Assembly: GCF_026626745.1 (NCBI RefSeq)
Contig: NZ_JAPNJW010000001.1
Coordinates: 716,311 to 780,310, forward strand
Length of the DNA: 64,000 bases
Source of the DNA: Nannocystis sp. RBIL2
GTDB taxonomy: Bacteria > Myxococcota_A > Polyangia > Nannocystales > Nannocystaceae
Direction of reading: 5' to 3'
Part shown: in pieces, positions 27,219-39,378 of the stretch
Numbering within the stretch: the stretch's first letter is position 1
Layout of the letters: the number at the start of each line of letters is the position of its first letter
Program-made: the position numbers and the translations under genes
Notes under the pieces: model-generated
The model's database searches: none
What the model was told of the DNA's origin: nothing
The model's input: only the letters and a program-made list of their open reading frames with translations

Positions 27219-29294
27219 CTAACGCTTTTTGCTCGGACCGACCGGCAACAAATCGTCTTCCGGCGCGGGGTTGGGCTTCTGCTTGACCTGCCCGTCGGGC
27301 GGTTTTTTGGTCCCGCCCCCGGGAGGCCGCTTGCTGCCCCCGCCCGTCGGCGTCTTCGGCTGCTCGACCGGCGGCTGCGGGTTCGCCGGCGCCCCCGTCC
27401 GGGTCAGCAGATAGTCGTAGGGCTGATCCTTGGCCGCGCTGACGCTCAGCGCGGTCTGCATCGGCCCGTAGCCGGGCGCGGTCAGCGAGATGTTGTATTT
27501 GCCGGCGTGCAGCGGCACGTCGATCGGGGTCGAGCCGAGCGGTCCGCCGTCCAGCGTGACCTCCGCGGTCACCGGGGCCGAGCGGATCGTGATGATCGCA
27601 AACCCCATGTCCGGGTTGAGGTTGGGGTAAAGCCCCTTGATGCGCTGCTTGGCCTCCTCGTTGCCGGCGTCGAGCGCCAGCACGTCGCGGTAGCCCTTGA
27701 CCGCGCTGATGCGGTCGCCGTCGCGCTCGTGCTTGCGCGCGCTGGCCAGCGCCTTCATGACCTCGAGGCGGGACCGCAGCTCGTCGGCGCGGTCGGACAG
27801 CTCCGGGTCGCGGGCGAACTCCTCCTCGGCGCTCTCGAGCTTGCGCTCCGCCTGCGGCAGCTTGCCCTCGTCGATGAGCTGCGCGATCTTGTCGAGGTTG
27901 CCCTCGAGCTGCTCGCGCCCGCCCTCCTCGCGGGTCGCCACCTCGGGCCGCTCGGTCTCCGCCTCGGCCGGACCGCTGCCGCTCAGCGCGTAGAACAGCA
28001 GCGCGATCACCGTCAGCGCCGCGACCCCGCCGTAGACCAGGTTCAGCGTGCGCTGCCGGGCGGCGGCCTCCTGGGCCTGCGGGCCGACGACGAGCAGCGT
28101 GCGCCCGTCCTGGCTCTGCACCAGGCTCCCACCCTCCAGCGGGATGCCCTGAGCCTTGAGTTGGTCGAGGGTCGCCTGCGGGAACTGAGCCGTGATGGGC
28201 ATCACCGACGACGGCATCGTCTGCGGCCCGCCCGGCGCGCCCGGCATCCCCTGCGCAAGCGGCGCGGCGGCAACGGCCGGTGCCGACCGCGGCCGGCCGA
28301 ACGTGCCGACCACGATGTTCTCCGGCGACGGGATCGGCTTGCTGTGCTCGGTGGTGCTCTGCGGCTCCTCCGGCTCCAGCGGCTCGGTCCGCGGCTGCGC
28401 CCGCGGCAAGCGGAACATCGAGAACGGCACCTGATCGATGAGCCCCTCGACGACCTCGTTGGCGTCGCGTGGGCGCCGCTCCCGGCTCTTTTCGAGGCAC
28501 CGGCTGATGAGCTCCAGCACCCCCTCCGGGGCCCCGCTGTCGGCCGGCAGCAGCTCCTGGATCGGCTGCGGCTTCTCGTGGACGTGCTTGTACAGGACCG
28601 ACGCGTCGTTGTCGGCCTGGAACGGCATCACCCCGGTCAGCATGAAGTAGAACAGGATGCCGACCGCGTAAACATCGACCCGCTGGTCGATCTTCTCGCC
28701 CAGGATCTGCTCGGGAGACAGGCAGGTGGGCGTGCCGAGGACGTTCTGCTTGGTGATGTCGGACGAGCCGGAGACCAGCTTGGCGAGCCCGAAATCGAGG
28801 ATCTTGACGTAGTTGGCCCGCCCCTGCCGCTCGCACAGCATGATGTTGGCGGGCTTGATGTCGCGGTGGATGATCCCGCGCGAATGGGCCTCGCCGAGGC
28901 CTTTGAGCACCTGCGCCGCGATCGGCACGAAGTCGGCGAGCGTGAGGTGGTTGCGGCGGCGGACGAAGCGGTCGAGCGTCTCGCCCTGGACGTACTCCAT
29001 GACGATGAACGCGCGGCCGTCCACCTTGCCGAAGTCGTGGATGGTCACGATGTTCGGGTGCTGCAGGCTGGACAGCCCGCGGGCCTCGCGTTCGAAGCGG
29101 GCCAGGGCCTCCGAGTCGCCGACCCAATCGGGGGCCAGCACCTTGAGGACCACCGGGCGATTCAAGTCGATCTGCGTCGCCTGGTACACGACGCCCATCC
29201 CACCGCGGCCGAGCCGGCGCTCGATCAAGTAGCGCCGAGCGAAAGTCGTCCCCAGCAGGGGGTCTGCTTGTGCTTGGTCTTCCGGTTTGCTCAT
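27219..29294 (-). CDS. Ser/Thr protein kinase with TM segment and C-terminal PEGA domain
   Basis: 691 aa with Hanks motifs (GRGGMGVVY, HRDIKPANIM, DFGLA, SPE), TM (VAALTVIALLFYAL), a TPR-like region, and a PEGA-like segment (FAIITIRSAPVTAEVTLDGGPLGSTPIDVPLHAGKYNISLTAPGY). Confidence 0.85.
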   Translation of the reverse strand: MSKPEDQAQADPLLGTTFARRYLIERRLGRGGMGVVYQATQIDLNRPVVLKVLAPDWVGDSEALARFEREARGLSSLQHPNIVTIHDFGKVDGRAFIVMEYVQGETLDRFVRRRNHLTLADFVPIAAQVLKGLGEAHSRGIIHRDIKPANIMLCERQGRANYVKILDFGLAKLVSGSSDITKQNVLGTPTCLSPEQILGEKIDQRVDVYAVGILFYFMLTGVMPFQADNDASVLYKHVHEKPQPIQELLPADSGAPEGVLELISRCLEKSRERRPRDANEVVEGLIDQVPFSMFRLPRAQPRTEPLEPEEPQSTTEHSKPIPSPENIVVGTFGRPRSAPAVAAAPLAQGMPGAPGGPQTMPSSVMPITAQFPQATLDQLKAQGIPLEGGSLVQSQDGRTLLVVGPQAQEAAARQRTLNLVYGGVAALTVIALLFYALSGSGPAEAETERPEVATREEGGREQLEGNLDKIAQLIDEGKLPQAERKLESAEEEFARDPELSDRADELRSRLEVMKALASARKHERDGDRISAVKGYRDVLALDAGNEEAKQRIKGLYPNLNPDMGFAIITIRSAPVTAEVTLDGGPLGSTPIDVPLHAGKYNISLTAPGYGPMQTALSVSAAKDQPYDYLLTRTGAPANPQPPVEQPKTPTGGGSKRPPGGGTKKPPDGQVKQKPNPAPEDDLLPVGPSKKR

Positions 29295-29425
29295 GGCTTC
29301 TCGGGGGACCCTGTGACGTTAACACACCTTCCCCCGGTGTTGCGCGTCTTCGGCAAAACCCGGCGGCAGTCGCCGCAATGGCGCGCGCGTAGAGGCGCAG
29401 GACGACGCAGTCGACGGCTTGTGGC

Positions 29426-30898
<1,473 letters not shown>

Positions 30899-30909
30899 GG
30901 AGGTGCTGC

Positions 30910-31596
30910 ATGTACGGCTACGGCAACTGGACCCTGCCCGGCAGCTGGCACGCGGCGCTGGCCGAAGAGATGGCCAAGCCATACTTCAAGGACCTCGTCG
31001 ACTTCGTCAGCTATGAGCGCGAAAATAATACGGTTTATCCGCCCGAAGAGGACGTGTTTCGCGCCTTCGAGGCGACCCCCTTCGAGCAGGTCAAGGTCGT
31101 GATCCTCGGCCAGGACCCGTACCACGACGAGGGTCAGGCCCACGGTCTGTGCTTCTCGGTGCTGCCCGGGGTCAAGCCGCCCGCCTCTCTGGCCAACATC
31201 TTCAAGGAGCTCGCGGCCGACCTCGGGTCCGGCATCCCTCCGCACGGCAACCTGCAGCCGTGGGCCGAGCAGGGGGTCCTGCTGCTCAACACGGTCCTCA
31301 CCGTCCGCGCCCACACCCCCGGCTCGCACAAGAACAAGGGCTGGGAGAAGTTCACCGACGCCGTCATCCGCGCCCTGAGCAGCCGCGGTGAGCCGGTGGT
31401 GTTCGCGCTGTGGGGTGACTTCGCCAGGAAGAAAGCCGCCCTCATCGACGAGCGCCGCCACCGCATCCTGGTCGCCCCCCACCCCTCGCCGATCCTCGGC
31501 AAGGGCCCGAAGTTCCTCGGCAGCCGGCCGTTCTCGGCCATCAACGCCGCCCTCGAGGACCTCGGCTACCCGGCGATCGACTGGCAAATCTTCTGA
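30910..31596 (+). CDS. ung: uracil-DNA glycosylase (family 1)
   Basis: 228 aa with family-1 UDG motifs (ILGQDPYH, HGLCFSV, LLLNTVLTV, HPSP). Confidence 0.9.
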   Translation: MYGYGNWTLPGSWHAALAEEMAKPYFKDLVDFVSYERENNTVYPPEEDVFRAFEATPFEQVKVVILGQDPYHDEGQAHGLCFSVLPGVKPPASLANIFKELAADLGSGIPPHGNLQPWAEQGVLLLNTVLTVRAHTPGSHKNKGWEKFTDAVIRALSSRGEPVVFALWGDFARKKAALIDERRHRILVAPHPSPILGKGPKFLGSRPFSAINAALEDLGYPAIDWQIF

Positions 31597-31619
31597 CAGA
31601 AGCCGCCGCCACAGCCCCG

Positions 31620-31905
31620 GCCGTTGCCGGTGATGGCAAAGCGCCACCACCTCGACCCGCCGCCGCTTGCGGTACACGAAGAAGTACGGCAGCCCGGCGA
31701 GGAAACACCGCCGGGTGCCGAACAGATACGGCGGCCAGGCTCCGGGGAAACGCAGCATTGCCCCGAGTGCTCGCTGGAACTCGGCTTCCAATCGGTGAAC
31801 GTGGACGGGCCCGAGTCGCGCGGCGAAGGCGCTGGCCTCTCGCATCTCCCGTTCGGCCTCCGGATGGAACCCGAGTTTTTTCCCCTGCTCTCTTTCGCTC
31901 GTCAT
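31620..31905 (-). CDS. RelE/ParE-family toxin-like ORF (orphan; no in-frame stop until it runs antisense through ung)
   Basis: ParE-like pattern ...EAEREMREASAFAARLG...GTRRCFLAGLPYFFVYRKRRRVEVVALCHHRQRP, compared with ParE RRCxxGxHxxFYRxxxxxVEIxRVLH. The 3' boundary is undefined and the end coordinate is an estimate. Confidence 0.35.
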
Positions 31906-32195
31906 GCTACGGAATCGGCATGACGACCCCTCCTTTTGCACGACGGCCTCCGCGGATCCTCACGGACGCGGATGGGGTGACCCTCCCGAAGGAGCTCAAG
32001 CATCGGCTGGCGGAGCTGGACCGCAGCGAGGTGGAGCTCCGGTCGGTAGAGGAGGTCTGGCAGAGCGTGTTCGGCCACGAGGCTCCGCCCGGGCTGAAGT
32101 CCCGCTCCCGCTGAGCACCCCGGCGATTCGCCGAAATTTTGTCCCCGTCGAAGTCGGCGGTTATCCTACATCACCCACACCGGAGTTTTTGTCGG

Positions 32196-32579
32196 ATGAC
32201 GCACGAACGACGCCAAGATCGCAGCGAAAACCCCTGGACCGCCGGGGATCTCTACCTTCGGGCCGTTGCCCAGCGGACCGGCCTGGAGCACCTCACGCTC
32301 GCCACCCGCGAGGGTCTGTTCCTCTCGGGCACCGGTGACAAGGACCTCGGCAGCCGCGTCGCCGCGGTCGCCCCCCTCTTCGTCGAGGAGCCCGCGACCC
32401 TGCGTGCCGGTATGATCGACGAACTGACCGACGGCCAGCCGATGCAGGTCTGGCGCGTCACCGTCCGCGACCGTCCCTTCTACCTCATCGGCTTCGGCGC
32501 CCTCACCGACATGTCCGAGGAGGTCCAGCACGCCTTCGACCGGATCTTCGCTCGTCCGGCCGCGCGCATCTCGAACTGA
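32196..32579 (+). CDS. Roadblock/LC7-like (MglB-type) small protein
   Basis: About 127 aa (MTHERRQDRSENPWTAGDLYLRAVAQRTGLEHLTLATREGLFLSG...) with size and alternating pattern typical of the Robl_LC7 fold; a weak call. Confidence 0.4.
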   Translation: MTHERRQDRSENPWTAGDLYLRAVAQRTGLEHLTLATREGLFLSGTGDKDLGSRVAAVAPLFVEEPATLRAGMIDELTDGQPMQVWRVTVRDRPFYLIGFGALTDMSEEVQHAFDRIFARPAARISN

Positions 32580-32814
32580 GATCGTCATCGCGTCACGACG
32601 CGCGCTCCGAGAGCCGCGACGATCTTCGTCGCGGCTCTTTGCGTTGGTCGCCTTCCGCCAGGGCCCCCCGCTCGACCTCGCGATCTCGCTGGCCGACCTC
32701 GCGGGACTTGAGCGATCGACCGCGACCTCTCGCGTCCCGCTCGCTCGACCTCGCATCGCCTCGCGCGAGCCGCGAGCAACTCTCGCGGCTCCTCGAGTGT
32801 GCGACCTCTCGACC

Positions 32815-33741
32815 TCAGGCCGGGATCACGCACACGCCGACATCGTCGGTGCCCGGCGGTGGGTCGGCGAAGAACGGCACGCAGTCTTCCGTCGGGGCGC
32901 AGTCGGCGTCGCCGCCGGACACCGAGCAGAAGGGCGTGCAGCAGCCCATCGCGCCCATGCAGCCTTCGACCGTCTCGGCGGCCTGGCAGCTGAAGCCGGC
33001 CAGGCACGCGTTGGTGTACTCGCACGGCGAGTTGTCGTCGCCGATGTTCTGGCCGGGGTCGGGGGTGAAGCAGATGAAGCCGCCGAACGACGAGTCGCCG
33101 TAGCAGCCCTGCATGTCTTCGCAGTCTTGCAGCAGTGGGTCGCACGACTGCAGGCACACCGGCAGCACGCCCTCGTTCGCCGACTCGAGGCAGAGCTCGC
33201 CCTCGCCGCACGTGTTGCCTTCGCCGCAGTACGCCGTGCAGGTCCCGCCCTGCCCGGTGGCGAAGTCGAAGTTCAGGCAGATCGTCCCCTTCGAGCAGTT
33301 GTCGAGCCCCGAGAACACCGACTCGCCCATGTCGATGTTGCACGGGTCTCCGACCGCGCCCGCGTTCATCGGCTCGTCGACGCACTTGTTGGCGTCCCAG
33401 TAGTTCGTCGCCATCGAGTCGTAGGCCACGCACTTCTGGCCTTCGGGACAGTCCTGGATCTTCGGGTTGCACATGCTCTCGCCGCCCTCGGTCGTGGTCG
33501 GCGATTCGGTCGTCGGCGAGACGGTGCTCGCCTCGCTGTCGGTCCCCGTGGCGGTCTCGGTGGTGGTCTCGGTGGCGGTCCCGGTGCTCGTCTCGCTGTC
33601 GGTCCCGGTGCTGGTCGTCGGCTCCGTGGTCGGAGTGGTCTCGGTCTCTTTCCCCATCCCGTCGTCGCCGCAGCCTGCGATCAGCAGCGCGCCGACGAGC
33701 GCAGTCCTCCCCAGCACCTTCGCGCGTCCCGACTTCATCAT
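32815..33741 (-). CDS. Cys-rich lipoprotein with Thr/Glu/Ser-rich linker
   Basis: Lipobox (LLIAGCGDD), a low-complexity TTEPTTSTGTDSETST linker, then a C-terminal domain with more than 30 Cys. Confidence 0.6.
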   Translation of the reverse strand: MMKSGRAKVLGRTALVGALLIAGCGDDGMGKETETTPTTEPTTSTGTDSETSTGTATETTTETATGTDSEASTVSPTTESPTTTEGGESMCNPKIQDCPEGQKCVAYDSMATNYWDANKCVDEPMNAGAVGDPCNIDMGESVFSGLDNCSKGTICLNFDFATGQGGTCTAYCGEGNTCGEGELCLESANEGVLPVCLQSCDPLLQDCEDMQGCYGDSSFGGFICFTPDPGQNIGDDNSPCEYTNACLAGFSCQAAETVEGCMGAMGCCTPFCSVSGGDADCAPTEDCVPFFADPPPGTDDVGVCVIPA

Positions 33742-33898
33742 GGCGATTTTATCGCGAACGGCTCGCGCGGGCGTCAACGCCTGCATCCGCGCCGAGCCGC
33801 TCCGTCGCCCACGCGCGCGGCTCCAGCGCTGTCTTCACTGCAGCGCGGGAACGCACGCCTCGGTTTGAGCCACCGTCTCATTCTGATACACTGGTCGA

Positions 33899-35449
33899 AT
33901 GGAGCCAGCAGCGCGCAAGAGACCGGCGAAGCCGAGCACCGGAGAGACACCGCCGCGGCGCACGCGGGTCGATCGCGACAGCGTGCTGTTCGCGCTCGGC
34001 GAGCTCGTGCGCCGCGAGGTCGACCTCGACGCCTTGCTGGCGCAGGTCATCGACACCGTCACCCGGGCCATGGACGCCGACCGCGGCACCTTTTACCTGG
34101 TCGATCGGGCCCGCGGTGAGCTGTTCAGCAAGGCCGCGCACTTGCCGGAGCTGCGCGAGATCCGTCTCAAGGTCGGCCAGGGCATCGCCGGCCACGTCGC
34201 ACGCACCGGCGAGGCCATCAACCTCTCGCACACCGAGGGCGACCCGCGGTTTTACGGCGCCATCGATCGCGCCACCAACTACGCCACGCGCTCGATGCTG
34301 TGCGTCCCGGTGCTCGATCGCGCCGGCGAGATCCTCGGCGTCCTCCAGCTTCTCAACAAGAAGGGCGCCGCCTTCGACGACGACGACGAGGCCCTGCTGC
34401 GCGCGCTCGCCAGCCAGGTCGCCATGCTGGTCGAGAGCACCAGTCTTTACGGCCAGCTGCGGGCCCCCACCGGCGGACCGCTGCGCTACCGCTTCAACGG
34501 CGTGGTCGGCGGCGGCGCGCGGATGAGACGCGTCTACGATCTCGTGACACGGGCGGCGGGCACCGACGCCACCGTCCTCATCACCGGCGAGACCGGCACC
34601 GGCAAGGGTCTGATCGCGCGGGCGATCCACTACAACAGCCCGCGCGCCGGGCGGCCCTTCGTCGCCGTCGACTGCGCCTCGCTGCCGGCCACCTTGATCG
34701 AAAACGAGCTCTTCGGTCATGAGCGCGGCGCGTACACCGGGGCCGACCAGCGCAGCGTCGGCAAGTTCGAGGCCGCCGACGGCGGAACCGTCTTCCTCGA
34801 CGAGCTCGGCGAGGTCCCGCTCACGCTCCAGAGCAAGCTGCTGCGCGTCCTGCAGGACCGCGAGTTCGAGCGGGTCGGCGGGCGCAAGACCCTCAAGGTC
34901 GACGTCCGGATCCTCGCTGCCACCAACCGCAACCTCGAGGACATGGTCGCCCGCCAGCGCTTCCGCGAGGACCTCTACTACCGCCTGCGCGTGCTCTCGC
35001 TGGCCATGCCGCCGCTGCGCGAGCGCGGCCCCGAGGACCTCGAGCAGCTCGCCTATCACTTCCTGGCCGGCTTCGCCCAGCGCCACAACAAGCAGGTCGT
35101 GCGCTTCTCCCCGCCCGCGCTCGCGCGGCTGCATGGGCACAGCTGGCCCGGCAACATCCGTGAGCTCGAGAACTGCATCGAGGGCGCGGTCGTCCTCAGC
35201 GTCGGCGACGCCATCGAGGTCGCCGATCTGCCGCTGCCCGCCGACCCGCGCGAGCTCCCGGCCGCGGGCCGCAAGGCCGGTCGCGGCGGGACCGACCTCG
35301 CCCGGCTGTCGTGGAACGAGATGGAGAAGCTCTACATCGAGGCCGTGCTGGCCGCCCACGACGGCAACCGCAGCGGCGCTGCCCGGGCCATGGGCATCGG
35401 TCGCGCCACCCTCCTGCGCAAGATCAAGACCCTCAAGATCCGCGCCTGA
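33899..35449 (+). CDS. sigma-54-dependent transcriptional activator with N-terminal GAF domain
   Basis: GAF region, then AAA+ sigma-54 activation domain ([29 protein letters not shown]-like [14 protein letters not shown]), then a C-terminal Fis-type HTH. Confidence 0.85.
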   Translation: MEPAARKRPAKPSTGETPPRRTRVDRDSVLFALGELVRREVDLDALLAQVIDTVTRAMDADRGTFYLVDRARGELFSKAAHLPELREIRLKVGQGIAGHVARTGEAINLSHTEGDPRFYGAIDRATNYATRSMLCVPVLDRAGEILGVLQLLNKKGAAFDDDDEALLRALASQVAMLVESTSLYGQLRAPTGGPLRYRFNGVVGGGARMRRVYDLVTRAAGTDATVLITGETGTGKGLIARAIHYNSPRAGRPFVAVDCASLPATLIENELFGHERGAYTGADQRSVGKFEAADGGTVFLDELGEVPLTLQSKLLRVLQDREFERVGGRKTLKVDVRILAATNRNLEDMVARQRFREDLYYRLRVLSLAMPPLRERGPEDLEQLAYHFLAGFAQRHNKQVVRFSPPALARLHGHSWPGNIRELENCIEGAVVLSVGDAIEVADLPLPADPRELPAAGRKAGRGGTDLARLSWNEMEKLYIEAVLAAHDGNRSGAARAMGIGRATLLRKIKTLKIRA

Positions 35450-35633
35450 CCTCGGGCCCGCACGGTCCGTTCGCCGCAGGTGCATCGTAACGATCCACCT
35501 GCCTCGCTTTGATACACCCCCGCTCCCATCGCTACCGCGACGTCCGCCGTTCACCCGCGCCACGACTCCGCAGCGGGCCCGTCACAGCGCCTGGCACGCC
35601 GGCTGCTAAGGGGTCTCGCGCAGGAGTCGAACG

Positions 35634-37202
<1,569 letters not shown>

Positions 37203-37277
37203 GCGACGACCCCGCCGCGGCCCGCGAGGGGCGTCGCTCGCGGCGACGCCCCTCGCGCCGTTCCCCGTAGTCGTCTT

Positions 37278-37499
37278 CGACCTGTCTCTCCGGACATCTC
37301 GCGCGCGCTCGGGCCGCGGCTGTGTTCAACCTGTCCCTTTGAACATATCGCGCTCCGACCGCGCCATACTCGACCTGTCTCTCCGGACATCTCGACCGCG
37401 CAGATCCACCCGTCATCGTTCAGGTGGATCACCTGCCCCTTCGGACATCCTCGAGGCGCGGCGCTCACCGGCTCGCCGCCTGTCCCTTCGGACATCCCA
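37278..37499. repeat. array of 5 spaced copies of a 24-bp unit CGACCTGTCyCTyCGGACATCyCG (units 1 and 3 identical), periodicity 44-59 bp
   Basis: Read directly from the sequence. Degenerate further copies occur at about 37570 and 37695, the latter overlapping the start of the downstream lipoprotein gene. Confidence 0.85.
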
Positions 37500-37657
37500 T
37501 CTCCGCTCCCCGCGGGCGGCGCCTGCGCCTGCGTTCGCGGCTCGCCCGGTCCCTTCCTCACCAGACCTGCGACTGTCCCCTCGCCTCGGTCTGCGCGACG
37601 CGCCTCGATTGCCGGGCGCGGTCCGGGGTCCACGTTTGCCTGAACTCTGGATCACCG

Positions 37658-38287
37658 ATGACCACGCCAGCTCCGACCTCGGCCGCCGCGCGCTCGACCT
37701 GTCTCTTGCGACATGTCGCCATCCTCTCCGCGCTCGCCGCCTGCGACCTCGTGCCGCGAGACGGCGACGACCCCGGCACCACCACCGCCGCCTCGACCAC
37801 CGGCGCTGCTGCCTGCCCGCTCAACGACGCCTGGGAGCCCAACGACGAACCCGACGATCCGACCGACGTCGCCTGGAGCGGCGTCAGCGAGTGGTCCGCC
37901 TACCACGAGGTCACCGACGCCTACCTCTGCCCCGGCGAGGACGACTGGTACCGCTTCGACGTCGCCAGCCTCGGTTACGGCGTCCACTACCTCTACGTGC
38001 GCGCTCTGGTGAGGGACGCCGGCCTGTGCGGGGCCGCGTGCGGGGAGCCCGTGCTCGCGCCCGGCCCCGACAACGCCATGACCATCGAGGTCTACCGCGC
38101 CGATACGCACGAGCCCTTGACCGCGCAGACGGCCGACGGTGGCGTGCTCGCGCTCGGTGGTTACGGCGACGACTACGCCGGCACTCTGCTGGTCCGCGTC
38201 CACAGCGACACCGCGACCGCCGAGTACCCCTATCGCCTGAGCGTCGAGCTCCGCAACTACGAAGGCGAGGACGAGTGTGAGTGCTGA
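37658..38287 (+). CDS. hypothetical lipoprotein
   Basis: Signal peptide and lipobox (LLRHVAILSALAACDL); Asp/Glu-rich, ending CEC. Confidence 0.5.
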   Translation: MTTPAPTSAAARSTCLLRHVAILSALAACDLVPRDGDDPGTTTAASTTGAAACPLNDAWEPNDEPDDPTDVAWSGVSEWSAYHEVTDAYLCPGEDDWYRFDVASLGYGVHYLYVRALVRDAGLCGAACGEPVLAPGPDNAMTIEVYRADTHEPLTAQTADGGVLALGGYGDDYAGTLLVRVHSDTATAEYPYRLSVELRNYEGEDECEC

Positions 38288-39296
38288 AGCCTCGGCGGGG
38301 CGCGTCGCGGTCGCGCTTCTCGCCGGCCTGGCGATCGCCTGCGGCGTCCCGACGCCGACCGGGACCACCGGCATCGACGACGAGCCCGCCGCGCGCGACC
38401 GCGTCGACGTCCACGTCCACCTCGTCGGCGGTGCAGTCGACGAGCTGCTCGCCGCGCTCGATCGCAACGCCATCGCCGCCGCCGTCGTGATCGCCTCGCC
38501 GCACCTCGATCCCGCGCTCGGCCTCGCTCCTGGCCCCGACGCGCGCATGCACGGCTGGCGCGAGGCCAACGACGCCCTGCTCGCCGCCACCGCGGCCCAC
38601 CGCGCGCGCCTGTTCCCGTTCGTCGCAGTCGAGCCGGCCGAGGTCGACATCCCCGCGCTCGAGCGGTGGTTTCAGGGCGGTGCTCGCGGCGTCAAGCTGT
38701 ACTTCGGCCACCAGAAGCTGCACGCCCGCCCGCTCGACGATCCGGCCCACGCCTCGCTGTTCGAGTGGCTCGAGCAGCGCTCCGTGCCCGTGCTCGTCCA
38801 CGTCAACACCGTGCGCTACCGCGACGAGCTCGCCCGCGTGCTGCGGGCCCACCCGCGCCTCGAGCTGGTCTGCGCGCACCTGTGCGGCAGCCGCACCGAC
38901 CTCGATCGCCTCGCCGGACTCCTGCGCGAGTTCCCGCGGCTGCGCGTCGACACTAGCCACGGCGCCGGCCTGCCCGGCGTCGACGGCTTCACCGCCATCG
39001 AGGAGGATCGGGATCGGCTGCGCGCTCTCATCGAGATCCAGCCCGAGCGGTTCCTGTACGGCTCCGACCTCGTCACCGCCCCCGGCGACCTCGACGCCGC
39101 GCGCGCCTGGGACCTGCAGCTCGCCGCCAACCTCGGCCTGCTCGAGCGCGAGCGGTTCGAGTTCTGGCGCCACGCCGCCCGGATCGGCGCGCTCACGCCC
39201 GGCGTCTACCACGGCCTCGCGCTCCCCGAGCCCGCCGTCTCCCGCGTGCTCGCCGGCAACGCCCGCGCCTGGCTCGGCGCCTACCGATCCCCGTAA
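38277..39296 (+). CDS. amidohydrolase-2 family metal-dependent hydrolase (TIM barrel) with lipoprotein signal
   Basis: Lipobox (LAGLAIACG); metal-ligand pattern VDVHVHLV ... HLCG ... D. Confidence 0.65.
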   Translation: MSAEASAGRVAVALLAGLAIACGVPTPTGTTGIDDEPAARDRVDVHVHLVGGAVDELLAALDRNAIAAAVVIASPHLDPALGLAPGPDARMHGWREANDALLAATAAHRARLFPFVAVEPAEVDIPALERWFQGGARGVKLYFGHQKLHARPLDDPAHASLFEWLEQRSVPVLVHVNTVRYRDELARVLRAHPRLELVCAHLCGSRTDLDRLAGLLREFPRLRVDTSHGAGLPGVDGFTAIEEDRDRLRALIEIQPERFLYGSDLVTAPGDLDAARAWDLQLAANLGLLERERFEFWRHAARIGALTPGVYHGLALPEPAVSRVLAGNARAWLGAYRSP

Positions 39297-39378
39297 TTTC
39301 AGAGCATGTCTCGAAGCACATGCCCCATCGAACATGCCCTGAAAGACATGCCCCATCGGGCATGCCCGTGAGCGCCGC
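39297..39378. repeat. 5 tandem 13-16-bp CATG-core units (AGAGCATGTCTCGA / AGCACATGCCCCATCG / AACATGCCCTGAA / AGACATGCCCCATCG / GGCATGCCCGTGAG) filling a convergent intergenic region
   Basis: Read directly from the sequence; the array occupies the entire space between two convergent stop codons. Confidence 0.85.

Noticed and set aside
31920-32114. Small plus-strand ORF (MTTPPFARRPP...EEVWQSVFG) as the ParE antitoxin
   Set aside because: It is divergent from the toxin-like ORF rather than upstream on the same strand, and it has no clear RHH, Phd or ParD motif. It is kept only as a possibility within the toxin finding.
37278-37499. CRISPR array hypothesis for the spaced 24-bp repeats
   Set aside because: The repeats are too short (24 bp versus the 28-37 bp typical of CRISPR) and degenerate. 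The spacers are 20-35 bp of ordinary GC-rich sequence with irregular length, and there are no cas genes in the window.
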